From Takakia lepidozioides (Eukaryota; Plantae; Bryophyta), in assembly GCA_030704615.1 (NCBI GenBank), contig CM060732.1, positions 13,082,001 through 13,146,000 on the forward strand: a stretch of DNA of 64,000 nucleotides, written 5' to 3'. Positions 13,454 through 26,817 of this stretch are shown one piece after another. Numbering within the stretch: the stretch's first letter is position 1; each line of letters starts with the position of its first letter. Position numbers and translations under genes: made by a program. Under the pieces are notes generated by a model. That model searched no databases, was not told the DNA's origin, and was given only the letters and a program-made list of their open reading frames with translations.

Positions 13454-13575
13454 TACTAGTACAAAAAACGGGTTTCATGACATTTTTTTTTACTGTTTTC
13501 ATGACTATTTTGATCATTTTGACTCATTTTTTACTCTTTTGCAAAGAATCATGCAGACCGTGTCATTACAATGAC
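13454..13575 (+). mobile_element. CACTA-like terminus inserted in the piggyBac Cys-rich tail
   Basis: TACTAGTACAAAAAAC (CACTA TIR with C>T) followed by CATGAC subterminal repeats. piggyBac homology ends exactly here. Confidence 0.5.
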
Positions 13576-14430
13576 TGTAATATCCGCGTCGTGAATATGA
13601 CTCTAGGTGACATCGCCTAGTGAGAAAGATACATGACCGTGTTTTTGGTCACGTCCGTGATTGATTTCTAGCAACATACGACTCTCCCCGGACTGCTCCG
13701 TGTCAATTTCAAATGATGACAGGTGTAGGGACGACGCTATCTCGCACGCATGCCACAACGAGCCACGTGTCACGTGGATATGCATTTGTTTTCTGTTTAT
13801 TTGTATTTTTATTTGTATTTTATTTGTTTTTTCAAAGAACAAGGGTGTAATGGCCAGATTCCTTCTACCCACCTTTTTGTCATTGGATGAACAGACGTTG
13901 GATGATGACCGTTGAAAAAGGGCTTGGATGAAACAGCTGGAGACACTTTATTTTTAAACTAAGTATTGTCTTATGTTAACAGCTAGTTTATCTCTAAATT
14001 AGAATGAGGTGGCGTCCTATCTGGACAGACACCCGGATGGCATCCAAGTGACCAATCAGGGCTTGCCACTTGGTTAGATAAGATTGTGGGCCTTCGTTTA
14101 TAAAAGGGATCAACACGACGCTTAAGGCGGCGGTGTACGTTTGGTGTGAAACCCTACTGTGCCTGTGTAGGAGTTTTGGATTAAAGGGATGTGAGTGGGG
14201 ATGAGCTGTTAAGCTGTGTGAGTGATTCTGACTCCTCTGCGTTGGATCCTGCCTATCTCGCTAGCCTGCTTTGCCAAGCATATATCCCCCTATAGCTCAA
14301 TACCATGAGAGGAAGAGGAATATCAGGGTGGGCGAGAATCTTGGTGGAGATGGGGTTGCAGGATTTCGTTAATCATTAACTGCACATTCTTCCTTGTACG
14401 TCAGGTAGCTGTACGCTGACACTGTTACCA
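13576..14430 (+). repeat. Probable 5' LTR of Gypsy element A
   Basis: Starts TGTAATATCC, has TATAAAAGG near 14099, ends GTTACCA followed by TGGCGG (possible PBS). No second LTR is available to confirm the boundaries. Confidence 0.4.
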
Positions 14431-14520
14431 TGGCGGCGCTCTATTGTTTCAGTTCTCGCTCGTGTTTTTGCTTGCTCTTGGTTGTCACGGTATCTGTTTA
14501 CATTTCTGCAACCTGCGGCA

Positions 14521-15453
14521 ATGGCCTCGTCTTCTGATCCTTCCACTGACACTGAGCTCAAGGAGTACAAGGAAACCCCTGCTGGTCATTTTGAGTCGAT
14601 TTTTGGCAGCATTGTGCGTGCTTCGGTTGATCCTAGCCTGGTGGTTGAAGTTGATTATCCGCCCCTTGGTGCCCCGGTTGAACGCCCTGAATTAGTCCTT
14701 GACACACCTTCTGATCACTGGGTGGCTCAGTTTGAGTTGACTGCGTTGGAGGGTATGAAGCCCACCCACACCCCGCAAGAAGAAGTGGAGCAGTGGTGGA
14801 AGTGTATCCAAGCCTTTGAAGGGGCCCGAGCGGCCAAGGCCCTGCAGCGACTCTTTGCCCGCAAGCTTCCATTACCTGAGGCCAAAGACAAGCTCTTGAA
14901 GGGTTGCCGGCTGTCGTGGGCTGAACTTGGTATTCCACAATTCACCGTAGCTGGGGAGGTTGCTGGCAAGTGTGAGAACTTCCTTCTACCCAACTTACCC
15001 AGTGCGCATCGTCTGTGGGAGCTGGTGAAAGGTGGCAGTTCACTTGTCTTGGCCAACCTGCGGCCTACCTGGAAACCTGACTACAATGTGGACATCACGT
15101 GGGATGACCATGTCGCAGGCATTCCCGTCTCTCGCTTTCCTCATACTATGCATGATATTTTGATTTTCCCTGCTCTTGTGTTTAGACAGGAACGACTGGG
15201 TTACTACTTGCCTAGCTTTCCTGTTACTGATTATCCAGTGCATACACTGCTTGCCAAGGAAAAGCTTATTCGCTCCATAGTTCGCATGGCTTTCTGTCTC
15301 AAAGTGGACGAAGAACTGTGGCACTTTCTAGGTGAAGGTGTTTACATGCTTCACAAACACAGGTTCATAAGTGGCTATTGTATCAAGGACTTGGAGTCCA
15401 ATTGTGTCCTGCACGATCCTCCAGTAGAAGGTAACCACTTTGTTTTTTTTTAA
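14521..15453 (+). CDS. Intact ORF of unknown function upstream of gag in Gypsy element A
   Basis: Open frame of about 310 codons from ATG 14521, ending 14 nt before the gag ATG. No recognised motif. Confidence 0.5.
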   Translation: MASSSDPSTDTELKEYKETPAGHFESIFGSIVRASVDPSLVVEVDYPPLGAPVERPELVLDTPSDHWVAQFELTALEGMKPTHTPQEEVEQWWKCIQAFEGARAAKALQRLFARKLPLPEAKDKLLKGCRLSWAELGIPQFTVAGEVAGKCENFLLPNLPSAHRLWELVKGGSSLVLANLRPTWKPDYNVDITWDDHVAGIPVSRFPHTMHDILIFPALVFRQERLGYYLPSFPVTDYPVHTLLAKEKLIRSIVRMAFCLKVDEELWHFLGEGVYMLHKHRFISGYCIKDLESNCVLHDPPVEGNHFVFF

Positions 15454-15467
15454 CACGACCAACTACA

Positions 15468-18400
15468 ATGCCTGTCACTACTCGGTCTAGCAAGGAGCCC
15501 TGGAATGTGCTAGATGAGTTGCATGATGTGGATCTTACTGATGATGTGAAAGATGATGGTGATGCTCTTCCTGATCCTATGTCTGAAACCTTGTCTCCTG
15601 AGGAGCCACGGCCCGGTGATAATACCAGTCCGACCCAAGGGGTCCCTCCAGCCTCTGGTAATGTGCCTCACCTAAATATTCAGGGCATTTGTGATGTTAT
15701 GGCTACGCTGTATAGTTGTCCAGCTCTTATGCAGCTCTTTTTGGATAAACAAGTAGGTTCGCCTTCAGTTACCAAGCTCAAGGAGGTTCATCGTGCTCAC
15801 AAACGGCCTTATCCTGACTATGAGGTAGGCTAAGGCTTTGACAACTTCCTCAATTTTTTTGAGATGAGTGTCAAATTCAATGAGCTGCCAGCTTCTATGA
15901 TTACTGATTCCTTTCATTTTTGTCTCAAAGGTGAGGCTTGTGACCTCTTTGAAGCTAGTATCAAGGATCAGGGTGAGTTGCGATGGGGAGTGGCCAAGCA
16001 GTTGGCGCTTCAGTTGTTTCGTGCAGACATGCCCATCAATTACACCATGCCCGATCGTCCTTATCAACCTGGTGAGAGTATTTGGAAATATTATAGTGAC
16101 TAAATTAAAGCACACAACCTCCATAAGCTGATTACAAAACTCCGTACCCTGATCAGTTAAAATTTCAAGGGGACAACCATGGCGTAGCAGGATTTCATCA
16201 AAAAAGAATTGAACCACCTCATCAGTGTCCTTAGCAACCAACAGTCGGATCTCAACCCACTTAGACAGGTAATCAGTAGCCACACCAATGTAGCTATTGC
16301 CCTTAGTCGTAGTTCTGAGGGGTCCAACAAGATCAAGACCAACTCAGGCAAACATCTCAGTCACCGGAATTGGTTGTAATTTAAGAGGAGCTATGGTCCT
16401 AGGCAGCAGTGTTTTAGACTTACATGGAACACACTTAGAAATGAAATCTGCCACATCCTTAGTCAACCCCTTCCAATGGTACTTTTCTTGGAGTCGCTTG
16501 ACAGTTTTGTCAACGCCTAGATGACCAGCATATAGTGAGCAATGATAAAGCTCAAGCAACACAGGCATAGAGCTCCTAGTAGGGACCTCCACGGCAGTCT
16601 CTTGCCCATGAACATGAACTACCTTAAGCAATTTACCTTCATGCTCCCGATGAGAGGGGAGATGATAGTTGACTTGCCTGAGGAGACGGGAAGAGAGGCC
16701 CGACAGATGAGTGTTGGTCTTACACTTCTGGAGGAGGGCTTGGTGAAGTTGGTCCTCCATGGTTGCAGCTGCCATAGCCAGCCCTTGGGTTAGTGTGAGC
16801 CTATCGGAGTGTCCGCCTCAGTTATCTCCAGGGAAAGGTTGCCAGCTCAACTGAATGACAAGGGTGACTTCATGAAGATGCAACCAAGGACAATGAAGCA
16901 CAGAAGCAAATTTCCCTATGGAGAGGATTTAGTGCCAAAACCATAACTAGAAATAGAAAGGAACAACGCAATCATAGAAGAGAGAGTGATATCATACCGA
17001 GAATATGACCACAGTGACATTACAACACTCTAAACCAACTTCAACCAGTAGAAAAGGAGAGCAAATCCCATTCAGACATGAGATCAGGTGGAAGAAGAGG
17101 AACATTGGCAAACAAAGCAAGTAAATCGGACCCTTCAGGAGAGGAAGAGGGTAAGGGTGAAGCACCAAATGGTAAGCAATGTGCAAGGTCATCTATAGTA
17201 ACATAAGGGTCAGAGGACTTAGTCTCCGTGCGTGTGAGAGCGTCAGCATTACTGTTGGCTTTGCCCTTCTTATATTCAATGTCGTATTCAAACATCTGAA
17301 GAGTAAGTGACCAGCGAGCCAAGCGTCCCAAGAGTGCTCGTGGGGTTTTGAGAGCCTTCAATGGAAGATGATCAGTCTGAATAACAAAGGGGCAGCCATG
17401 TAGATACTGCCGAAAATGTTTTACCCCAAAAATGACGGCAAGTCCTTCTTTATCGGTAACACTATAGTTCTTCTCATGTTTGTCAAGCCGCCTGGAAGCA
17501 TAGGCCACCACATGTTCCCTGCCATTTCTCTTTTGGCATAGAATAGCTGAAACAGCCAGGTCAGAGGCATCAGTTTGAAGAATAAAGGGTAGGGAAAAAT
17601 CAGGAAAGACCAGTATGGGTGCACTGGTGAGGGCAATTTTGAGCTTCTCAAAAGCAGTGATTTGGGACTTGCCCAAAAGAAAACGAACATCTTTGCATAA
17701 CAACTGATTAAGCGCAGCAGCAATGTGAGCAAAGTGTTTAATGAAACGATGATAGTAAGAGGCTAACCCAAGAAAAGCACGGATACAATTTTTGTCACGT
17801 GGAGTAGGATAGTTCCAGACAGCCTGAATTTTGGTAGGGTCAGGGCTAATGCCTTGGGCTGAGAGAAGGTGGCCAAGAAAATGAAGCTCCGTCATGCACA
17901 AGTCACATTTCTTGGCTTTCACTTTGAGACCTGCTCCTCTAAGCCTGCACAAAACGCGCTTCAAATCCAGCATGTGAGAATCAAAGTCAGCGGAGTAAAC
18001 GTTGATGTCATCAACATATATCAATGCACATTCCCAGCGCAAGTTCCCTAGAACAACATCCATGAGACGTTGAAAGGTGGCAGTGGCATTACATAATCCA
18101 AAAGGCATGGTTTCAAACTGAAAGAGACCCATCTTACAGGTAAACGCAGTTTTCTCCTTGGCTGACTCTGTGAGGGGAACCTGCCAAAAACCCGCAGCAA
18201 GATCCAAGGAAGAGAAGAGAGTGGCACCATTGAGTTGATCCAAAGTATCATTAATTCGAGGTAAAGGATATACATCTTTCTTAGTTAGGGCATTGAGCCG
18301 TTGAAAATCAACACAGAAACGGGTGGTACCATCCTTTTTGGCAACCAACACGATGGGGCTGGCCCAGGGGGAAATAGAGGGCTTAATAACGCCTGCATCC

Positions 18401-21008
18401 AACATCTTGGTCAGTTCGAGTTGCATAATTTCGCGCTCTTTGATGCTCTCTCTATAAGCATACTGCTTGACAGGGCTACCTTCAGTGATAATGTCATGGT
18501 GTAGAACCTCGGTACGTCCCAAATCATGAGAACCAACACTGAAAACATCCAGATTGTCACGAATGATACGATATAAACGAGACCTCTCAATGTCAGTGAG
18601 ACCAGAGCCTATTTTGATATCAGTCAGGACTTGATCAATGAGCAGATTGCGCAGGAGTGAGGGGCCTGACCTGGGGTGCAGCGACAGATTGTGCTAAGAG
18701 ATGCAATTGATCAACATGATCATCTGACAGGCCAATGTCAGCAAAACTTAAAGCATGTTGCACCTCTCCTAAATCTGTCAATGGGGTGGCAGTGAGTCGA
18801 GCGAGGACCCGACCCTTGCGGATGGTGATAGGGATGCGTTCTGGGTTGGCAACAAGAAATCGAAGCTCCCCTCGAAAGCCCCGATCTAGCACCCCAGATG
18901 CAATCAAACAATGTTTGGAAATCATCAAACGTTTCCACCCCTCAACTTCAAGATAATGACCTTGTGGACAAAGAAAGGTGAGGCCAAGAGAAACAATTTT
19001 TTAGGAGGAGGCAGGTATGACAAAGTAGCGGGATTGCGAAGAAGAGTGGTATTACCTGGGATTGGAATGGGAGGGCCACTCTTCTTACCAGGCAAAGGTG
19101 GCTGCCATTGATACAGGGTGAAGGGAGCTGTCTTGGCAAAGTTAAAGTAGCGCGTCCAGTTGTATTGCTCACCCACCTGCCGCTTGGTTTCAGCAACAAG
19201 GGTTCGCATGTGGGAGAGATGTACAGTGGCACAACCAGCAGGCAAGGAGACAGAGTTGAGCTGTACCTTGTGGGGGGAGGAGCTGCCACTGGCAAGCCAC
19301 ATGACGTTTTCAACCACATCAATTTTTGCCCCTGCAGCACACATCCAATCCAACCCTAACAGCAACCGTTCACCAATGGTGATGATACAAGTCAGTGTGA
19401 CCGACTTGCAACTGACCTTGATGGGAACGGTGACCAAACCCAGGGGTTCATAACGTGTGCCATCTGCAATGGTCACCTGCAGACCCTTGGCTGGAGTGAG
19501 CTTGAGACCAAGTAGTCGAACCACGGACAATGGAACAGCAGAGATGGTACAGCCTGTGTCAACAACACATGAAAACGAGAGGTGCCCTATGTGACATTGA
19601 GTCATGAGAGGGTGCACTCTTTCCTTCCTAAGCTTTCTATTGGCTTCACAATGCATCATCTTGAATTCATTGGACAACATAACAGAAACAATGGAGTCAT
19701 CCTTCGCAGGGTGTGGGGGAGACTGACCGCTTGGCCCCTTCACAAGCAATCGGGTTCATTTAAAGGCTGTTTGCCCCTCTGTTCACGTTGAATACATTTG
19801 TGTTCTTCAATCATACCAGGGACAAGAGCGGCATAAGTGCAGAAGCGAGTCCAGTGCTCAAGTGACCCACAACTGAAACAGGCCACACGTGTACCTTGAA
19901 TCTCATACCGTGGGCCAGTCTGAGTGTGGCCACGATGAGAGTCAGCCAGAGGAGGTTTGACAGGTGCAGCCCTCCAGGATCCTTCTGCCCTCACAGCCTG
20001 AAGCTGAGTATGCAGCTCTTGTTGTAGGTTTTTAACTTCCTCCAGCAATGTGGGAGAGGCCTCTGTAGAGCCACCCTTAATCATGGCAACCCCATGAGAA
20101 CAGTCGGAAGCATGCTGATGAGCAGAATGAACAACAGGCTGACAACCTTTGCCTAGTTTAGCATTCTTAAACCGCATGCGCTCATCCATCATTTCTACCA
20201 TATGCCTCTCATTGCGATAGGATGCTTTTGTAGGTAGACTTGATCAGAGGCAGGCAATCCAGTAATAAAGTAGGTTTTAAGGATGGCAGTGCGTTCAGAG
20301 GGTACCAGAATGGCCTTGACCACCGTGGTTTTCTTGCTTGACTGCTCCATACAACCCCCAATGCAATGGGCTTACAGAGAGGTTCGACAAAACCATGTGC
20401 CAGTTGTTAGAAAAGAACGGGGCTCTCACTGAAGACTGGGATGTTACTCTACCCATTCTCATATTTGCCTACAGGACCTCGGTGCATGCCAGCACTTGCT
20501 TCTCCCATTTTGAATTACTGTATGGCCGCAAGGCTCACACCCCCCTTCATGTTCCTGTGCTTCAAACTCAGGTTGAGGAGCCCCTCATATGGGAAGACTT
20601 TCTTACTCACCTCACTTCTCATCGTTTACGTTTATTAGAGACTGTTAAACACAACATTCAGGTTTCTCAAGTTGCTCAGGCTAGAAATTATAACCGTAGG
20701 GTTGTTTACTCTGAAATTTTTCTCTAGGCCAGACTGTTTGTGTTCGATTGCAGTCTGGCAAACAGGTCACCAAATCCAATATGCAGATTGATGGGCCTTA
20801 TCTGATTCATGCGATTCTGCCTGGTCGACAGTACCGTCTTCTTCCTCAGCATCCTTCTACGGCGGAGATTGCAGGGACTGTTCATGTTTCTCAACTGGTC
20901 CCTTCTAAGCTACAGTTTGATTTGACCTGCATCAGTGTAGAGAATCAGCATGTGGTCTTAACTCCGAAGAAGCGTGCTCGGCTTGATTATGCTTCAGTTG
21001 CTACTTAG
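15468..21008. mobile_element. Gypsy element A gag-PR-dUTPase-RT-RNaseH-IN, with segment ~16100-20337 inverted
   Basis: Gag begins on + (QPGESIWKY). On - strand: YFITGLP, CFSCGSLEHWTRFC, VDTG, GVLDRGFRGEL, YVDD, TDAS, GHLG..C..C, DQGTEF. Integrase resumes on + at 20341 (TAPYNPQCNGLTERF). Confidence 0.9.
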
Positions 21009-21290
21009 ACTTCCTCATCACACTGTTTTTATTCAGCTGCTCCCTACCTAGGATCTCTCTCAGTTTTCTTCATAGTTCTTCAGGTTGCACACCTAACAAG
21101 ATAGGGTTTTTCCACAACAAGGTTTTGTCCTTCGCTCAAATTGCAGAGCAAGGTTTTTCTTGTTGCGGTTTTTTCATCCTATCTTGGTGTGACCTTCAGT
21201 AACCCTGCTCCCTGTCTTGAAAATAGTGTTTATTTGGCTAGCTCACCGGAGCTCGCTTCTCTATGTGCCAGGAGGCTTTACATATGTAAA

Positions 21291-22201
21291 TGTCGAGCGG
21301 CTTTTACTCACCCATCCCTTTGCTATCCGAGGTGGAAACTCCAAGATAGAAGAGTTGGATATCTCTAAGCACTCAGCCCGCTCAGAACAATCAGTCATGA
21401 CCTACAGCTAGTGAATCATGGTTGTGCTTCCTATTGCAATTTACCTTACTGTGTATACTGAAGCATTAGATTGCTTCAGTAACTACCAGGTTCTTCCACA
21501 GCTTCACTCATGTCTCTCTACACAGTGTGATTGTACCGAATAAGTATCAGATTAAGATTTATCAGGTATCAGGCCAATGCCATGGTGTCCCTAATCTGCC
21601 CTACTGTATGATTCTACAGCTTGCATGAATTAAGCATCGATCAAGTCATCTTCCCATCTTCGCCATTTCCACTCTCCGCTTCATCTCCTCTTCCCCTGAC
21701 CAAGTCGCTCTCCAAGAAGTGATCTCCTCTTTGTTGCCGCTCTGCCTCATCTACATGCAAGCTGTTCTAACCACCTAACTAACTAACTGTTACCCCAAGA
21801 AGTAACACGTTTCCCTTGCAGATGTCGTTCCCACACAGTCGTTCCCTGCCAATGATAATCGTTCCTTATGTACGTTGTGACTAGCTGTGCCAAGTTGTGA
21901 CTGGCTGTGTCAGACTGTGTCGGGCTGTGATTGGCTGTGTGAAACTGTGTGAAGCTGTGTCAGGCTGTGTCGTGCTGTGTCTGACTATGCAAAGCTGTGT
22001 CGAGTTGTGATAGACTGTGACGGGCTGTGACGGGCTGTGACTGGCTGTGTAAGCCTGTCTATCCCCCCCCCCTTCCTAAAGCCTGCGCCTGTCACCCCTA
22101 AGGCCTGTTGGTCTAAGTCTACCATCCGTAAGTCTGCGCAAAAATTAAGGGTACCCCACAAAACCCATAAAAGTGTCTAAGTCCCAGACAACCCTCTAAT
22201 A
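21291..22201 (-). repeat. 3' LTR of Athila-like Gypsy B1, preceded by a PPT (22205-22218)
   Basis: Reverse-complement homolog of 26211-27278. Ends ...CTCGACA. PPT GAGGGGGGGAGGGG on the - strand. Confidence 0.8.
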
Positions 22202-22605
22202 TTACCCCTCCCCCCCTCAAAAAGCGGTGTCCTCACGATTTACTGTTTAGGAACAACAACCCTTTGTGAGCGCACACCCTTTTGTCGGTGAGAGTCTCTT
22301 GAAGGGCTCTGTGTGCGAGCTCGAGCCCTGTCACTGGCTGATGGAGGCGATTGAGCACCAAATGGAAATGTCTGACCCTCCTGTTGTTGATAACGAGGTA
22401 ACCTCTCAGGCATAGGAGATCCCTATCGTTTCTTCTCTGCCATCTGGAGTGCATAATCCTCCGCCATGTCAAAAGGTTCCTCTGTAGAACGAGTAGTATC
22501 AGAATCATCCTCCCCCCCGAGGTGTTTCGGCGGCCGAATCTTAAGTGGTTCCTCAGGAATCCTGCATGGCATGCAGTGTTGGCCCACCATGTCTGGAAGC
22601 TTGAA

Positions 22606-25600
22606 CTAGACTACTTGTTTTAATCGCTTGCAAGCAAAATGAGTGAATTCCCTGAACTCCTTGGCCGTATAGGTGAGAGGTGTGCCAATGACTTTGGAAC
22701 AGTGTAAGTGTTTCCAGGCTTCATGTCCCTTATAAAAAATATCATCAGGGCCCAATTTTTCCTTGGCCAAGCTGTTCCAAGCCAAATTAAACCATGAACG
22801 AAGTTGGGAATCCTTCTGCATCATGAGTTTCGCATCATATAGATACATATGAGGTGGAACTGAAGGTAAGACCCAATGATATCCACTGGAATAACTCAGA
22901 AATCTTGACTGTATCTTCTGCTGCTCAATGTGATAACGTGCAAGGAAACAAGCAGCATAGTACAATCCACAGCCCATGACAATACTAGATACCTCCTTGG
23001 TCTTGGTGTAGATGTACCCATGAACAACCTGGAAGGCAATTAATTCCTTCAGCATGGTGCCTGCCTCAGACCAGTACCTTGCAGAATGATGATCCTCAAT
23101 GGGTCGATTGTTCGGAAGAACCTTAGTCCGAGTTGCCACTGACAACCAAATGCGCATGATCTGGTAATAATGTGCCAAAGACTGTGGAGGACTGAATTCC
23201 TTCCAAGCCAAATCCATCACAATGGGAATTTGGTTGAATGGCATAATCATAGCCTGATTGTACACCCTCGCAGCAGGAGTCCTAGGTGGGTTGTAAGCAG
23301 CATCCCCCCAAACCTCAGACTGTGGCTGCGCCATGGTATCAACAGCATCAGCCACCTGCACAGCCACCTGTTGTAGAGGTTGTGATATCGCGGCCGTTGT
23401 CCCTCCTACTGCTGGCAACTCTTGCACCTCCTGTGATGAAGACTGGAAAATCAGAGTTATGGCATGCAAATAAGTAGCCACCAGCTGCTCCTCGGGAACA
23501 AAGACTCTTTTGTCAATATTGGAACTCAGGTCATCCACTTGAGTTTGCAGGCCTTCCACATCATCCTGTAACTCCACAATCCTACTATAGACATTGTCTA
23601 TAGTAGTTGTGGCAATGTTCTGCACCTGCAATCTGAGATCATTCATCTCCCCCCGAGTGAGCTTTCGTGGTGCCTTCCCTTCCACCGGCCCTTGTGTTAA
23701 CCATACTTGCATAAGATGATTATCCACCAAGTCTTGTGTAGCACCCCTAAGAGCCTGCTCCTCCTTGAGTCTGTATACATCTAACTGCTGCTGTAAAGCC
23801 TCCATGCGCTTTGCATGGGGTTCAACCAGGGCCGCATAGGCAGCAGCCAGATTATTGGCTTCCTTCCAAGCCTTGTTAGCCACAGAGAGTTCATTCTTGT
23901 GGCCCGTGAATGATTGCTGCAACTGCAGGATGAACCTTTCTTTCTCAGCCTCAACTTGACTATACTGTTGGAAAGTATCCTCATTGCGACGGAGAGTAGC
24001 CTTTAGATCAGCAATAAGTTTCCCCTGCTCTACTGTCTCAGCCTCGGCCATCATACATCTCTCTGCTTGTCTGTTAACTTCTAACGCAGTCTGCTCCAGA
24101 GCAGTTGTTAGTGTGGCACATTGTATGGTCATTCTCTGATGAACTGTCTCCAACTCTGTATGAAGTACCTTTACTTCCTGCAACTTGCCCTCATGCTGCA
24201 TCTGCGATTGGTATAACTGCTGCTTATGTGCTTCATGCAATTTCCCCTGCTCCAGACCCGCTTCAATTAGATTCCCCTTTGCTAGCTGCAAGGTAGCCTT
24301 GATGTCCTCCAATTCTTCTGCTGCACTTGAGGTTGGCCTCCACATCCACCTTGTTTGCACACTCATTGGCAATTCTAGCCTCAAACTCATGCTTGAGTTC
24401 CTCCCTCAAAGCTGCCAATTGTGTAGATGGAACATGGGATTCATCATAATTGCCCAACAATTGCCCACAAATTGAGTGTCCTGCTTATAGAACTCATAAG
24501 CATGGCCTGCTGTGGATCTTCATGGTGAACTTGCTGATGTTTCCCTGATTCTCCACAATGTGATGTTTCACCAACCATTCAAACCATATTCCCACAAGAT
24601 CTTGTTCCTGAACGACCTCATTCTCCACAGGCGCTGCAGTGCCCTTACATTCTATCCTACCTCTGAACCTCCGCCACAGTTTTGGGTATCACATGCATAA
24701 CAGGGATTTCCTCTGACAAACTTTGCACCTCTGGTACCACTGGTTCCCTAACCAAGCCAGAGTTTTCATAGAGAAGGTCACCCTTTTCAATTTCTCTGGC
24801 CACGACCTGCTCTGTAGTGGGAATGTCCAACCCTTCCTCCTTCCAAGAGCAATAGGCTCTGGTGCAACAACATGTACTAACTGAGGGACCTCTAAGACAA
24901 CCGAGTCAACTGGCTGTGATGGCTATGATACCAAAGTGACTTCTTCTTCCCTCTCCAAAGGTCGTGCTTCCAGTAATAACAGCCCTCTGTGCTGATGTTC
25001 CCCATCTTGCACAAGAGCTATGGAAACATCACATCATTTCATCACACGGTTCCTTGAAGCTAGTGGATCTGCCACTATAGTCGTGCCCTCTTTTGTCTCT
25101 TGGACTGGTGCCGCCCTCCAATCCACCTTCACCATGTGAAAGAGCCCTGCTCCTCAATTGCAGTGGTTGCTGCCTCAACACTCCCCTCTCCTTACGTTCT
25201 CGCGCATCAAGTATGCAAGAATCAAGAATAATTTGCACAATCACTGGGCCAAACACAACAATTGGAGACTTAGTAGCAGTGCCTTGTAACGCTTCATCTC
25301 TTCTACCAAACCATTGTACATTAAGTCCGCCCAAGCCACATCTTCTCCCCTCAAGGCTTTCAGTATCTCCTCCGTGAATGATCTGCTAAGGTATTGTTGT
25401 TTTGTTTCATGGCAAACAGAACATTCAAACCTGACCAACTTCTTTTAACCCTGGATACTTGGCCTTGGTGCAAGTGTATCCCTGAGTCTTAAAGAAACTC
25501 CCTCTTTTGGAACAAATTGTCTATCTGCAATCTTGCCCTGTTTGCCATCCACATTTACACGGCCTGATGGCAATTCAAACAATTGCTGCAAGTATTGGGG

Positions 25601-26057
25601 AGTAATCTCCTTATCTACTCCCCTCACTTGTGTAACTCCCGTCTGAGGTTCAAAGTTCTGAATGAATTGTATCATGAACATCCTATGATGCAAGGACCAT
25701 TCCTTGCGTAGCAGTCCTTCCAATCGCAACTCCTTCAACAACTGCACAGCCTGAGGTGTAGCAATTGTTTGCTTCTGGCAGAATATCGTGGTGCTCTTCA
25801 CCCTGACATCCTCCTTCCCCCCCCCCCTTCCGATTCTCTTCATTCCAGACAAACAGATGGCCTTGTTGGAATAGCTCTAGGAAAGCTTGCAAGGCGTAGA
25901 GCATATAAGTATGGTTGGCACAGAAAGGAACGGGTAAGTGCATGTAAGCCTGTGGAGCTTGCAAGTATCGAGTGAGAGAGAATGTACTCTCAACCCGTCC
26001 GTCCTTGTGCCACTGTGTAAGAAGTAAAGCGAGCGTATAATCCGTAATATCCCGCAT
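22606..26057 (-). pseudogene. Extra 3' ORF of Gypsy B1: Athila env-like / plant transposon protein domain plus long coiled coil, frameshifted
   Basis: FMIQFIQNF...VRGVDKEITPQYLQQLFELP and GEDVAWADLM...FGPVIVQII resemble the Athila ORF1-type domain. Heptad-rich 594 aa segment follows. Homologous to 34400-36715. Confidence 0.65.
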
Positions 26058-26210
26058 AGCTCAAAGTTATAGCTTTGATTGCTCCTCCCGTCGAGACAGT
26101 GGTTATTCGGAGCCACCCCGACTCTTCCGCTCATAACTCTTCTAATTTCTTGTTCTTGTTTCTTGAGAGGAACCACCTGCATGAAATTCTTGCTCCTGAT
26201 TGTTTGTTGC

Positions 26211-26764
26211 TGTTTAGGATATCTGGGACTTAGGCACTTTTATTACGGGATCTGTGGGTACCCTTAATTTACACAGACTGAGACGCAACAAGAGCCTTAG
26301 GGGGGACAGCAACAGGCTTTGGGGGGGAGATACACAGCCCAACACCGTCCATCACAGCCCAACACAGCCAACACAGCCCATCACAGTCCGACACAGCGGA
26401 CACAGTCCAGACAGACACAAAAGCCTTCACAGAAAACAAAAAACACACACCCTTCTTCACACAGCCCAACACCTCCCGAAACACCCGTCACACACATACA
26501 AACAACACCTCCCCCACTACATCCTCACGCCAGTCTCACATCCCTTCACATTTTCACACAGCCAGTCCATCAGCTTTGACACAGCTGTCACGACCATAGG
26601 GAACGGATAGCATGACAGGGAACGACTGTGGGACAACACTCTGCGAATGGAACATGTTAGTTCACGGATGACGGTTAGTGAGGGAATGGTTAGAACAACG
26701 GGTAGGAAGATAAAGCCAGGAGTGGGACTGAAATGATACTTCTTGGGACACTTCGGGAAGGACT

Positions 26765-26817
<53 letters not shown>

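Noticed and set aside
21880-22050. Short periodic repeats as a CRISPR-like array
   Set aside because: Degenerate 7-10 nt tandem units without unique spacers, lying within an LTR.
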